Positions 10,466 to 19,183 of a stretch of 64,000 nucleotides of DNA are shown here, piece by piece. This DNA is from Phycisphaerae bacterium (GTDB taxonomy: Bacteria > Planctomycetota > Phycisphaerae > UBA1845). Where the stretch lies: positions 1,152,001-1,216,000 of the forward strand of contig CAXXGO010000006.1 in the NCBI GenBank assembly GCA_963666835.2, given 5' to 3'. A program made the position numbers and the translations under genes. The notes below the pieces were generated by a model, which was not told the DNA's origin, did no database searches, and worked only from the letters and a program-made list of their open reading frames with translations. Numbering within the stretch: the first letter of the stretch is position 1; the number at the start of each line of letters is the position of its first letter.

Positions 10466-11581
10466 GTGACAGGAGAGCAGTTTGTTGCCGAGCATGTCAA
10501 ACCAATTGGTTCATCGGGGATCCGGAGGGTCTTCGATCTGGGCGCGACGCTGAAGGACCCGATCAACCTCTCGATTGGTCAGCCGGATTTTCCGGTGCCC
10601 GAGGCCGTGAAGGACGCCATGGTCGAGGCGATCCGGACCGATCACAACGGCTACACCGTTACCCGGGGAATCGCTCCACTTAGGGATCGGATCGCCCGGC
10701 AGCTCAAGGAGGAGTTCTCGTGGGAACCTGACCTGTTCGTGACCTCGGGGCTTTCGGGAGGCCTGTTTCTGGCCCTGATGACCTGTCTGAACCCCGGCGA
10801 CGAGGTCCTGATCGGCGATCCGTACTTCGTGTCTTACCCGCACTTGGTTCGGCTCACGGCCGGCGTGCCCGTGTTCGTCGACCTCTACGACGACTTCCAA
10901 CTTCACCCGGAGCGGTTCGAAGCGGCGATCACCGCCAAGACCAAGATGATAATCGTGTGCTCGCCCGGAAACCCGACGGGGACGGTGCATCGCGAGGACG
11001 ATGTGCGGGCCCTTGCGGAGATCGCCCGCAAGCACGACCTGCTCATTGTGAGCGACGAGATTTATTCCATTCTGTCGTACGATTGCCCCAGCCCCAGCCC
11101 GGTGGAGTTTGCTCCGGAACGGACGCTGCTGCTGCGCGGGTTCGGCAAGTCCCACGCTATGACGGGGCTGCGGATGGGCTATGCGGCCGGCCCACCGAAC
11201 GTCATTTCCGAGATGGCGAAACTGCAGCAGTATACCTACGTTTGCGCGCCGCACGCTGCGCAATACGGCGCTCTTACCGCCATGGACACGGACATGTCAG
11301 ATCAGGTGGACACGTACCGCGCTAAGCGCGATCTGGTATGCGCGGAATTGGAGGGGGTCTTCGAGGCCGTGAGGCCTTCCGGGGGGTTCTACGTGTTCCC
11401 GAAGTGCCCGGCGAACTTCTCTTCCGCCACCCCGTTCGTCGAGCAGGCGATCAAGAACAACGTGCTCATCATTCCCGGTGAGGTGTTCAGCGCGCGCGAT
11501 ACGCATTTCCGTATCAGCTACGCGGCCCCGGACGACAAGATCCGCGAGGGCTGCGGAATCCTCCGAGGGTTGGTTGGTTAG
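10466..11581 (+). CDS. PLP-dependent aminotransferase class I/II
   Basis: SIGQPDF, GNPTG, SDEIY, GFGKSHAMTGLRMG; GTG start chosen from the upstream GGAGG. Confidence 0.92.
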   Translation: MTGEQFVAEHVKPIGSSGIRRVFDLGATLKDPINLSIGQPDFPVPEAVKDAMVEAIRTDHNGYTVTRGIAPLRDRIARQLKEEFSWEPDLFVTSGLSGGLFLALMTCLNPGDEVLIGDPYFVSYPHLVRLTAGVPVFVDLYDDFQLHPERFEAAITAKTKMIIVCSPGNPTGTVHREDDVRALAEIARKHDLLIVSDEIYSILSYDCPSPSPVEFAPERTLLLRGFGKSHAMTGLRMGYAAGPPNVISEMAKLQQYTYVCAPHAAQYGALTAMDTDMSDQVDTYRAKRDLVCAELEGVFEAVRPSGGFYVFPKCPANFSSATPFVEQAIKNNVLIIPGEVFSARDTHFRISYAAPDDKIREGCGILRGLVG

Positions 11582-11689
11582 CCGGCGTTATCCATTTGGG
11601 TGTATTCGAGGGGGCTCTGCGCGTTGGTCCAACACCAGAACTCGCCCCCAGCTTTGGTGAGGACTGCGGCTGGCCGAGGCGCAATGCGC

Positions 11690-11731
11690 ACAAAACCCCC
11701 ATCCCGAGGCTTCGCAAGCGACGGGAGGGGG
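11690..11731 (-). terminator. intrinsic terminator after the small peptide gene
   Basis: Minus strand CCCCCTCCCG...CGGGATGGGGG then TTTTGTG. Confidence 0.55.
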
Positions 11732-11762
11732 ACTCCGCTCCTCTTTTCGCCTGGATGCTGAG

Positions 11763-11861
11763 CTAGGCTGCCGTCGTACTACCGAACAGCATGCTGATCA
11801 GCAAGTTCAACAGAATCGGCAGAAGGCTAGAAAGTAGAGTGCTAATTAAGCTGCTGGCCAT
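11763..11861 (-). CDS. 32-aa hydrophobic small protein MASSLISTLLSSLLPILLNLLISMLFGSTTAA
   Basis: Below the ORF-track cutoff; GGAGGT SD 10 nt upstream, TAG stop, downstream terminator. Confidence 0.65.
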   Translation of the reverse strand: MASSLISTLLSSLLPILLNLLISMLFGSTTAA

Positions 11862-11985
11862 GTTCCCGACTACCTCCATTCAGAAGAAAACTTTCGCGGC
11901 GCCGTGGAGCTACTCTCCGGGCGGGGCTGCGGGCCAGGGTGAGCCCTTTCGCACAGTGCGGGGAACCCCGGCAGCGTCCAGCGCA

Positions 11986-12012
11986 CGAAAATACCCGCCG
12001 AAGCGGGCATTC
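11986..12012 (-). terminator. terminator downstream of 5S rRNA
   Basis: Minus strand AATGCCCGC-TTCG-GCGGGTATTTT. Confidence 0.7.
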
Positions 12013-12026
12013 TCAAGAGAAAACAA

Positions 12027-12131
12027 TGCGGCAATAACCTACTCTCGCCTTGCGACTACCATCGGCCGTACAGGCTTAACTACCGTGTGCGGAATGGGAA
12101 CGGGTGTATCCCTGCACGTATTGTCACCGCA
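12027..12131 (-). rRNA. rrf: 5S ribosomal RNA (stand-alone)
   Basis: Minus strand TGCGGTGAC...ACACCCGTTCCCATTCCG.ACACGG.AGTTAAG...CCGATGGTAGT...GAGAGTAGG...GCCGCA; ends pair as helix I. Confidence 0.95.
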
Positions 12132-12137
12132 CCGCGG

Positions 12138-12165
12138 ATAATAGCGAACCCGCCCGTTACGTCAA
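12138..12165 (-). promoter_or_regulatory. sigma70 promoter directly upstream of 5S rRNA
   Basis: TTGACG-N16-TATTAT; predicted start near 12131, the 5S 5' end. Confidence 0.7.
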
Positions 12166-12207
12166 GACCCAAAAAGAGAAAAAGTTCGGATTGGAAACGA
12201 GGGGCGC

Positions 12208-13242
12208 CTAGTCCTGCGCCTCGAGCGTCGCGATGTCGGCCAGCATGAACTCCACCGGCTGAACTGGCTCTGCCAGCTCGATTCGGAGTGGTAGATGCAG
12301 TTCGGGGGTCCAGGATTTGAGGACGCCCAGCTCCTCCAGATCAGCCGCTTTGAGCTGGATCACCCCGTAGGCACGCGACTCGCCATGCAACAGACGAGCG
12401 ATGTCCTCCGTCGGCCCGGCCACCGTAATCGTCTGCGTTACCAGCGTCATCAAAGAACCGTCCCGGGCCACCGCGTAATAGGACTTTCCCAGGTTTGCGA
12501 AACTCACGGCCAGCTTAATGGGCACGGTGGGGATCTTCTCCACGCTTCGATCTGCCTGCATCGTGGCTGTCACGTCAACGCGGGCGGGGTCGAGCCGCGC
12601 TCCTTGGCCAAAGGGCTGGTTGTCCAGCGTGACCGCCACCGTCGCCGGCTGCCCCGGAGGCTTGGCTTTGACCAGCCGCTCGACCTCCGCGGAGATGTCG
12701 ATTCTGGTTTGCTGGTCGGGCAGCGGGAGGTTGTTGAAAACGCTCTCGCGCATGCGCACCGTCGTCGACGATTGTGCAACTTCCGGCTCTTCATCGTAAG
12801 CCAGGGTGAGGCGTTGGGTCGTTATCGCCAGTTCGCGCGTGATCATGTGATCCACGACAATCGGCAGGGCGGAGGGCTGGACCGACACGATGGTCAGCCG
12901 GCCGAATTCGTGCCGTTGGTCCGTCAGGGCACGCTTGATGGTCTCGCGATCGAGGGTGAGAGTCGCTGGGCCAGTCGGGCGATCTGCGATGCGGAGGTGT
13001 AGCTCCAGAGGTTCACGCTTCTGCAGGTCGTCGACCACCCGCCTCGGGCCGGTTACCTGCACGTCGACAAGGCGGGCTTGGACTATCGGGTCGATGTCCA
13101 CCAGCATGTCACGGTTCGCCAGAGATTCTACGGTGAATGAGACGCGGATGGACACGGCCTCGTTCACCAGGCTGTCTGCGCTCGCCCAGACCAGCGCGGT
13201 TAGGATCACGGTCATGGTCAGGAGTTTGGCCTGCTCGATCAT
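12208..13242 (-). CDS. CdaR/YbbR-like membrane protein
   Basis: N-terminal TM ending LVW, repeated V.GP beta motifs, overlaps the cdaA stop. Confidence 0.7.
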   Translation of the reverse strand: MIEQAKLLTMTVILTALVWASADSLVNEAVSIRVSFTVESLANRDMLVDIDPIVQARLVDVQVTGPRRVVDDLQKREPLELHLRIADRPTGPATLTLDRETIKRALTDQRHEFGRLTIVSVQPSALPIVVDHMITRELAITTQRLTLAYDEEPEVAQSSTTVRMRESVFNNLPLPDQQTRIDISAEVERLVKAKPPGQPATVAVTLDNQPFGQGARLDPARVDVTATMQADRSVEKIPTVPIKLAVSFANLGKSYYAVARDGSLMTLVTQTITVAGPTEDIARLLHGESRAYGVIQLKAADLEELGVLKSWTPELHLPLRIELAEPVQPVEFMLADIATLEAQD

Positions 13243-14123
13243 GAGCGTTGCCCTCCGTCGCTGCCGCCCGATGATGCCGGTTTGGCGGCTGCCGGCTTCT
13301 CCGATCTGACGGTCAGTTCCTTGATGAGCAGATCGCGCAGAGATTCCGGGCTGAGGGATCGGCGGAGACGACCACGACTCGCGACGGAGATGGTCCCCGT
13401 CTCTTCGCTCACTACGATTACGACGGCGTCCGCCTCCTGGCTCATGCCCAGTGCGGCCCGGTGGCGGCTACCCAAGGAGCGGTCCACTTCCCCGGACTCT
13501 ACCAGCGGGAACTGGCAACCGGCTGCGACAATACGCCCCTGGTGGATAATCACGCCCAGGTCGTGGAGTGCCGTGCCCGGCCAGAAGATTGTCTCAAGCA
13601 GCTCGCGCGAGACGGCCGCGTCGAGGATGACTCCGGATTCGGTTAATGCTCCGACTTCGCCCATCCGTTCCATAGCGATCAACGCACCGATCTTCTTCTT
13701 CGATAGGCGTTCCGCGGCGTCGACTACCGGGTCCACGACTTGAGTGGATGCCTTGGCCCAGTACTGTAACCAGCCTCCGGTGCCGATTCGCAGAAGGAAC
13801 CGGCGTAGCTCGGTTTGGAACGCTACCAACGAGACCAGGAAAACACCGAGAATGAAATACGGATAGAGAACCTTGATGCGCTCGGAATCCAGGTTCTCCG
13901 CAATGAGCCAGACCACGGCGAAGCTCACTGCGAGAATCGTCAGAACCGCCCGGACCAGCCGCGCCCCACGCGTTCCCTGAAAAGACCGCAGGATCGCATA
14001 CACGACGATCCCGATCAGGAAGAACTCGATCAGCGCAACCCACGGGCGCTCGGCCACCCGCTCGTACAGCGAGTGTATTCCCGGAAGAAGATCTATCTGC
14101 AGCAGAGTCGTCACCGTCTCCAA
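13239..14123 (-). CDS. cdaA: diadenylate cyclase CdaA
   Basis: Three TMs, FQ.ELRR, GALIA.ER, LHDLG (DGA site), GSRHRAA, VSEETG.IS. Confidence 0.9.
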   Translation of the reverse strand: METVTTLLQIDLLPGIHSLYERVAERPWVALIEFFLIGIVVYAILRSFQGTRGARLVRAVLTILAVSFAVVWLIAENLDSERIKVLYPYFILGVFLVSLVAFQTELRRFLLRIGTGGWLQYWAKASTQVVDPVVDAAERLSKKKIGALIAMERMGEVGALTESGVILDAAVSRELLETIFWPGTALHDLGVIIHQGRIVAAGCQFPLVESGEVDRSLGSRHRAALGMSQEADAVVIVVSEETGTISVASRGRLRRSLSPESLRDLLIKELTVRSEKPAAAKPASSGGSDGGQRS

Positions 14124-14405
14124 CCGTGACTGCCCATGGAGCTGAACTATGAACGCTCACCAGCGCTCAAGCGCCCCAGCAGTATAGAACTTGGGCGCAG
14201 GAGTGGCAAACGCTTATCTCGGATCGCCCGCCGCTGCGGGTGGGCGAGTCTTGTGGCTTCGGCGGTGATCTTGCCGCCGGCAGTAATCAGATGGCTGCGG
14301 ATCTCCCAGAATCGTGAAACGGGTTTCCCCGGGCGGATCGGCTCGACCGTACGGTGCTTCCGGGACACGGTGGCTCATCGATAGGATCTGGTATACTCGG
14401 GATCG

Positions 14406-15134
14406 ATGAAGCTCATCCGCATCATGAACGCGTTTCTGGCCGATCTGGACACCCTCAGTTTTGGCTCGCCGGTTGCCTGCGTGTATAACCCGCTTGACTA
14501 CGCCCGAGATCCACACGTGCAGTATTTGAAGGCCTATGGCGTCGAGCCGCGCGAGACACTCCTGCTCGGAATGAACCCCGGTCCGTGGGGGATGGCACAG
14601 ACCGGCGTACCGTTCGGCGACGTTGTGTCGGTACGGGAGTGGCTGGGTCTGGAGGCTCCGGTTCGTTCGCCGGACTGCGTTCACCCGAAGCGTCCGGTGA
14701 CCGGCTTCTCATGCCGTCGACGGGAAGCCAGCGGCAAGCGGCTGTGGGAGTGGGCTCAAGATACGTTTAGTACGCCGCGCCGCTTTTTTACGGATTTCTT
14801 CGTGACCAATTACTGCCCACTGCTGTTCTTTGAGGAAAACGGGCAGAATCTCACTCCGGACAAGCTGCCGGCGGCCCAGCGGGACCCGCTGTTGGCAGTG
14901 TGCGACCGGGCATTGCTAAAGACCGTTGACGCTCTGCGGGTCAGGCGGGTTATTGGAATAGGGGCGTTTGCAGAACGACAGGCGCGCGAAGTCCTGAGAG
15001 ACACCGGAGTTACCATCGGTCGGATCCTGCACCCGAGCCCGGCCAACCCGGCGGCAAACCGCGGATGGGCCTCGCAGGCGAGCCGCCAACTCCGCGATCA
15101 GGGTGTCCGACTTCCTTCGGCAGTATCCGCGTGA
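14406..15134 (+). CDS. SMUG1-type (family 3) uracil-DNA glycosylase
   Basis: GMNPGPWGMAQTGVPFG, E.SG.RLW, NYCPL, HPSPANP. Confidence 0.93.
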   Translation: MKLIRIMNAFLADLDTLSFGSPVACVYNPLDYARDPHVQYLKAYGVEPRETLLLGMNPGPWGMAQTGVPFGDVVSVREWLGLEAPVRSPDCVHPKRPVTGFSCRRREASGKRLWEWAQDTFSTPRRFFTDFFVTNYCPLLFFEENGQNLTPDKLPAAQRDPLLAVCDRALLKTVDALRVRRVIGIGAFAERQAREVLRDTGVTIGRILHPSPANPAANRGWASQASRQLRDQGVRLPSAVSA

Positions 15135-15208
15135 GCTCGCCCGGTTTCAGGTAACGCTTCCTTGTGCCCCCACCACCCGGAGAGTGACGGACGCGCTGAG
15201 CGTTCCGC

Positions 15209-15718
15209 CTAGTGCTTTGCCGGTGCGACGACCATCGTCATCCGCCGACCATCCATCGAAGGCGCCCGTTCAATCTTTACGGCTTCGCCCAGTTCTTCGA
15301 TGATCGTATTGAAGATCTCCTGAGCGAATTCCCGATGGAACCGCTCACGACCCCGAAACAGCATCGTGAATTGGACCTTGTTGCCCGCGTCAAGGAACCG
15401 CGCAGCGCGCTTCATTTTGATTTCGCGATCATGTGGATCGGTCTTGGGCCGGAGACGAATCTCCTTGAGCGTGATCATCGTGCCACCGGCGGCGTTCTTC
15501 TGGCGCTTCTTTCGGTCGTACTTGAACTTGCCGTAGTCCATGATACGGCATACGGGAGGAGTCTCGGTTGGGGAGACTTCAACAAGATCGAGGCCCGCTT
15601 CCCGCGCAAGCGACATGGCCTCGAACGTCGGAACGATACCGAGCTGCTCGTTGGCCTGGTTGATGACTCGGATTGGCGTAATCCGAATCTGGTCGTTGTA
15701 TCGAAGTGCTTTGGCTAT
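15209..15718 (-). CDS. infC: translation initiation factor IF-3 (probable ATA start)
   Basis: N..IR...IRVI, GLDLVEV, PPVCRIMDYGKFKY, FRGRE; frame extends 34 codons above the ORF-track ATG to an ATA with GAAAGGT upstream. Confidence 0.95.
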   Translation of the reverse strand: MAKALRYNDQIRITPIRVINQANEQLGIVPTFEAMSLAREAGLDLVEVSPTETPPVCRIMDYGKFKYDRKKRQKNAAGGTMITLKEIRLRPKTDPHDREIKMKRAARFLDAGNKVQFTMLFRGRERFHREFAQEIFNTIIEELGEAVKIERAPSMDGRRMTMVVAPAKH

Positions 15719-15805
15719 GGCTGTCTACCTTTCAAAATATAACGGAAACGCTTCCGCACCGGAGCTGCCGGGCAATCACCCCCGGGCAACGTGCAGGAGC
15801 ACTCA

Positions 15806-17977
15806 TCACGACGCGCTGACACACTCGCGTCCCTTGCTGTCAACTTCGGCGCGACACGCGCCGACAAACTTGTCCAAGACCATGTTGCCGATCGTGCGGC
15901 CATCCCGATCGTTCACGTTAACCGTTCTCTCGGCGGCTTCCTGCTCGCCGACTACGAGAATGTAGTTGATCTTCGCGGCCCGGAGCCGGTGTTTCTTCGG
16001 CCCGATCTTATCGCTGGTCAGATCCAGTTGGGTGCGCAGCCCGGCATCTCTTAGCGCCTGGCAAACGTCCTGGGCGTAGGCGGTGCTTTTCTCGCTTACG
16101 GTTGCGACGGCCACCTGCACCGGCGAGAGCCAGAGCGGAAACGCCCCGGCAAAGTGCTCGATGAGGATTCCCACGAACCGTTCCATACTGCCGAACGGGG
16201 TGCGGTGGACCATCACCGGGCGGTGGGGAGCGTTGTCCGGACCGACGTAGGTAAGGTCGAACCGCTCGGGCAGGTTGTAATCGACCTGCACGGTACCCAG
16301 TTGCCACTTCCGCCCGATGCAGTCTTTGACAACGAAGTCGATCTTGGGCCCGTAGAACGCAGCTTCGCCTAGGTCTTCGGTGTAATCGATTCCACTTTCG
16401 ATGGCCGCGGCCCGCACCGCTTGCTCGGCCTTCTCCCAGTTCTCCGCCGAGCCGACGTACTTGTCACTGTCCGGATCGCGCAGACTGACATGCACTTCGT
16501 AGTCGGTCAGTCCCAGCGTGTCGAGCACTCCGCGCGTGAGGTTTACTGTAGTTCGCACCTCGTCTGCCAATTGGTCCGGGGTGCAGAAAAGGTGGGCATC
16601 GTCCTGGGTGAACCCGCGGACCCGGGTCAGTCCGGCCAGCTCGCCGCTTTGCTCAAACCGGTACACGCCGCCGTACTCCGCCAGCCGGATGGGCAATTCC
16701 CGGTAGCTGCGCGGACGGGATGCGTAGATCTTGATGTGGTGTGGGCAGTTCATCGGCTTAAGCAGATACCCTTCTTCGGTTACCAGCGCCGCGTGCAGCT
16801 TCTCCACCACCTGTTCCAACGGCGCGCTCGCGTCGAGATCCTCGATCGGTCCGAAGGCCTTCTGAACGGCCGCCGCCAGATCTGACAACGCCGCGACACT
16901 CTCATCGCGTTCGCGCCCGTGCAGGGTGGCGGCGCGCTTGGCAAGCTGGATCATGCTCTGAATGGCTTTGCCGCGCGGCGATTCGAACATCGGCGGAAAC
17001 TGCGATTCTTCATAGTAGGGAAAGTGCCCGCTGGTACGGAACAAGTCCAGCCGGCCGATGTTCGGCGTGCAGACCATGTCGTAGCCCAGCTTGAGCATCT
17101 CGCCGGTAAGATGGTTCTGCAGCTCGGTGCGGATGACCATTCCCTTGCCGGTCCACAATGCCAGCCCGCCGCCGACCTGCTCGTTCATTACGTACAGGTC
17201 CAGCTCACGCCCGACTACGCGATGGTCACGCTTCTTTGCTTCCTCCAGCCGCTGCAGGTGCTCGGTGAGGGACTTCTTCTTAAAGAACGCGGTCCCGTAA
17301 ACTCGCTGCAGAGGTTGGTCGTTTACATCGCCGCGATAGTGCGAGCGGCTGACCTGCCGGATGTTAAAGGCCTTGATCAGGCCGGTGGCCGGAAGGTGCG
17401 GCCCGCGGCAAAGGTCTTCGAAGTTCTCCCCCGGTTTGTCGCCGGTGACGTAGAAGCTCAGGGTGTCACCCGTCGCTCGCTCGGCGTTCTCGATCTTGTA
17501 GCGGCTTCCTTCGGCGCGCAGGCGAACCATGGCCTCCTCGCGCGGAATATCCACACGGCGGAAGGCGCGGTTCTCTTTGACGATGCGGCCCATCTCCGCC
17601 TCGATGCGCGGGAAGTCTTCCGGGGTGATGGAACGGTCCAGGTCAATGTCGTAATAGAACCCGTCCTCAATGGCCGGGCCGTATACCAGCTTCGTGTCAG
17701 GGAAGAGGATGCACAACGCCTCTGCCATCACGTGGGCGGCGCTGTGCCGCAGCACGTCGAGGCTGTCCGGATCTTCGTCGCTGGCCGTGAGAATGGTGAG
17801 TCGACAATCGCCCGGCAACGCCGCGTTGAGATCGACAATCTCACTGTGGCCGTCGATGGTCCATCGACCAGCTATCGCCTTGCGGGCCAGACCCGTCCCG
17901 ATCGCACCGGCAACGTCGGCAGTTGTTGCCCCGTCGGCTACCTCCAACACGCTTCCGTCAGGCAATGTGGCTTTCAG
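15806..17977 (-). CDS. thrS: threonyl-tRNA synthetase (probable CTG start)
   Basis: LPDGS, HSAAH, DLCRGPH, KPMNCPHH, RVRGFTQDDAH, AFYGPKID, GS.ERF. Confidence 0.97.
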   Translation of the reverse strand: MKATLPDGSVLEVADGATTADVAGAIGTGLARKAIAGRWTIDGHSEIVDLNAALPGDCRLTILTASDEDPDSLDVLRHSAAHVMAEALCILFPDTKLVYGPAIEDGFYYDIDLDRSITPEDFPRIEAEMGRIVKENRAFRRVDIPREEAMVRLRAEGSRYKIENAERATGDTLSFYVTGDKPGENFEDLCRGPHLPATGLIKAFNIRQVSRSHYRGDVNDQPLQRVYGTAFFKKKSLTEHLQRLEEAKKRDHRVVGRELDLYVMNEQVGGGLALWTGKGMVIRTELQNHLTGEMLKLGYDMVCTPNIGRLDLFRTSGHFPYYEESQFPPMFESPRGKAIQSMIQLAKRAATLHGRERDESVAALSDLAAAVQKAFGPIEDLDASAPLEQVVEKLHAALVTEEGYLLKPMNCPHHIKIYASRPRSYRELPIRLAEYGGVYRFEQSGELAGLTRVRGFTQDDAHLFCTPDQLADEVRTTVNLTRGVLDTLGLTDYEVHVSLRDPDSDKYVGSAENWEKAEQAVRAAAIESGIDYTEDLGEAAFYGPKIDFVVKDCIGRKWQLGTVQVDYNLPERFDLTYVGPDNAPHRPVMVHRTPFGSMERFVGILIEHFAGAFPLWLSPVQVAVATVSEKSTAYAQDVCQALRDAGLRTQLDLTSDKIGPKKHRLRAAKINYILVVGEQEAAERTVNVNDRDGRTIGNMVLDKFVGACRAEVDSKGRECVSAS

Positions 17978-18470
17978 ACGCGATCTCCCTCTCTCAGAAC
18001 TCTACCCGCCCGCCAACAGGCGGACCGGGTACGACAAAGGGCGAATCCCGACCTGGTGACGCATGGTCTCGTGTCAGACACGATGATAACGGTCTGGCAA
18101 GAGCCGACGGTATCATGCCTTGCGCGTCATCAGAACTGGGTCCGCCCAAAATCCTAACAGAACTGCCGCCGTAGATCCCGAGAAAAACCCGCGCGATCCA
18201 CACCCTCAGTTCAATTGATCGTCAAAACAACTCTACCACATTGACAGCCCGGGTCAAGTATCCACAGGGCCGAATCGAGGATCTCCGGCCGCTTCGGCGC
18301 CGCCCATCCGAGCTTGCTGCGAAGCTTGAACATGGCCGGCAATCGAAGCCGGGCACGGTTGTGAGTGAGTTGATGTAAAGTCATGTGGCGTCGCCGTTTG
18401 CGAGCATCACCACTATTCCGTAACGGGGAGGGGTCCAGGGGGGCTCGGGTGCCTTCCCGTTTGAGAGCGA

Positions 18471-19067
18471 TTATTCGCCGGGACGCCGCTCCTCATGCGG
18501 TGGGTGCCAGCAGGCCGCACACCGGGGTTCGTAGGCCTCCGCCCCGCCCACCATTCGGCCGTTGATGATCGGCGTTGTCCGCTGGGTGTGGTCGGCCGGG
18601 GCTTTGCAGCGGGCACACAAGGCGTGCTTGACGACCGTCTCATCAGCGACGAATCGAAGCTGCTGGATTACAGCGAATGGCGATCCCCAACTGTCACGAT
18701 CCAGCGCGGTGATCAAGACGGTCAGGCCCTGCTTCGCCAAGTCCTGCGCCACCTCGATCAGGGTGTGGTTGAAGAAGTGGCCCTCATCGACCGCCACGGT
18801 CCTTATGCTCGCGTCGATCAACGTGTAGATCTCGGACGCGGAGCCGATTCTCGTGGCGGGGACGGATCCGCCCGGGTGAGATACCACGGCCTCACGCTCG
18901 TACCGATCATCGATGATGTTCTTGAAGACCGCGAAGGAATGGTTCGGGCAACCGGCGAGGCGTTGCAGCAGTTCCGTAGTCTTCCCGGAAAACATGCACC
19001 CGCAAATCAGCGTTATTCTGCCGCGCTGTTCTTCGCGCCGACGGTCCTTCTCGTCCGAGTCATCCAT
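18471..19067 (-). CDS. tdk: thymidine kinase
   Basis: GCMFSGKT, VDEGHFF, CxxC, VGGAEAYEPRC..C. Confidence 0.93.
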   Translation of the reverse strand: MDDSDEKDRRREEQRGRITLICGCMFSGKTTELLQRLAGCPNHSFAVFKNIIDDRYEREAVVSHPGGSVPATRIGSASEIYTLIDASIRTVAVDEGHFFNHTLIEVAQDLAKQGLTVLITALDRDSWGSPFAVIQQLRFVADETVVKHALCARCKAPADHTQRTTPIINGRMVGGAEAYEPRCAACWHPPHEERRPGE

Positions 19068-19183
19068 GCGAGGATTGTGCCGACAATCCCGACCGGTGGG
19101 AAGCGGTCGCGGTTGGCCGATGCGGAAGCTCTCGGGGGTGTTCCGGCACGCTCCGGTTCAAGCCGATTCGAGCTTGGCGAAGT

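Noticed and set aside
11791..12141. 116-aa plus-strand ORF
   Set aside because: Antisense to the 5S rRNA and the small peptide gene
18000..18230. thrS leader as a T-box or tRNA-Thr-mimic operator
   Set aside because: No T-box motif; the CCGCC-TGTT-GGCGG hairpin has a 4-nt loop, not a 7-nt anticodon-like loop
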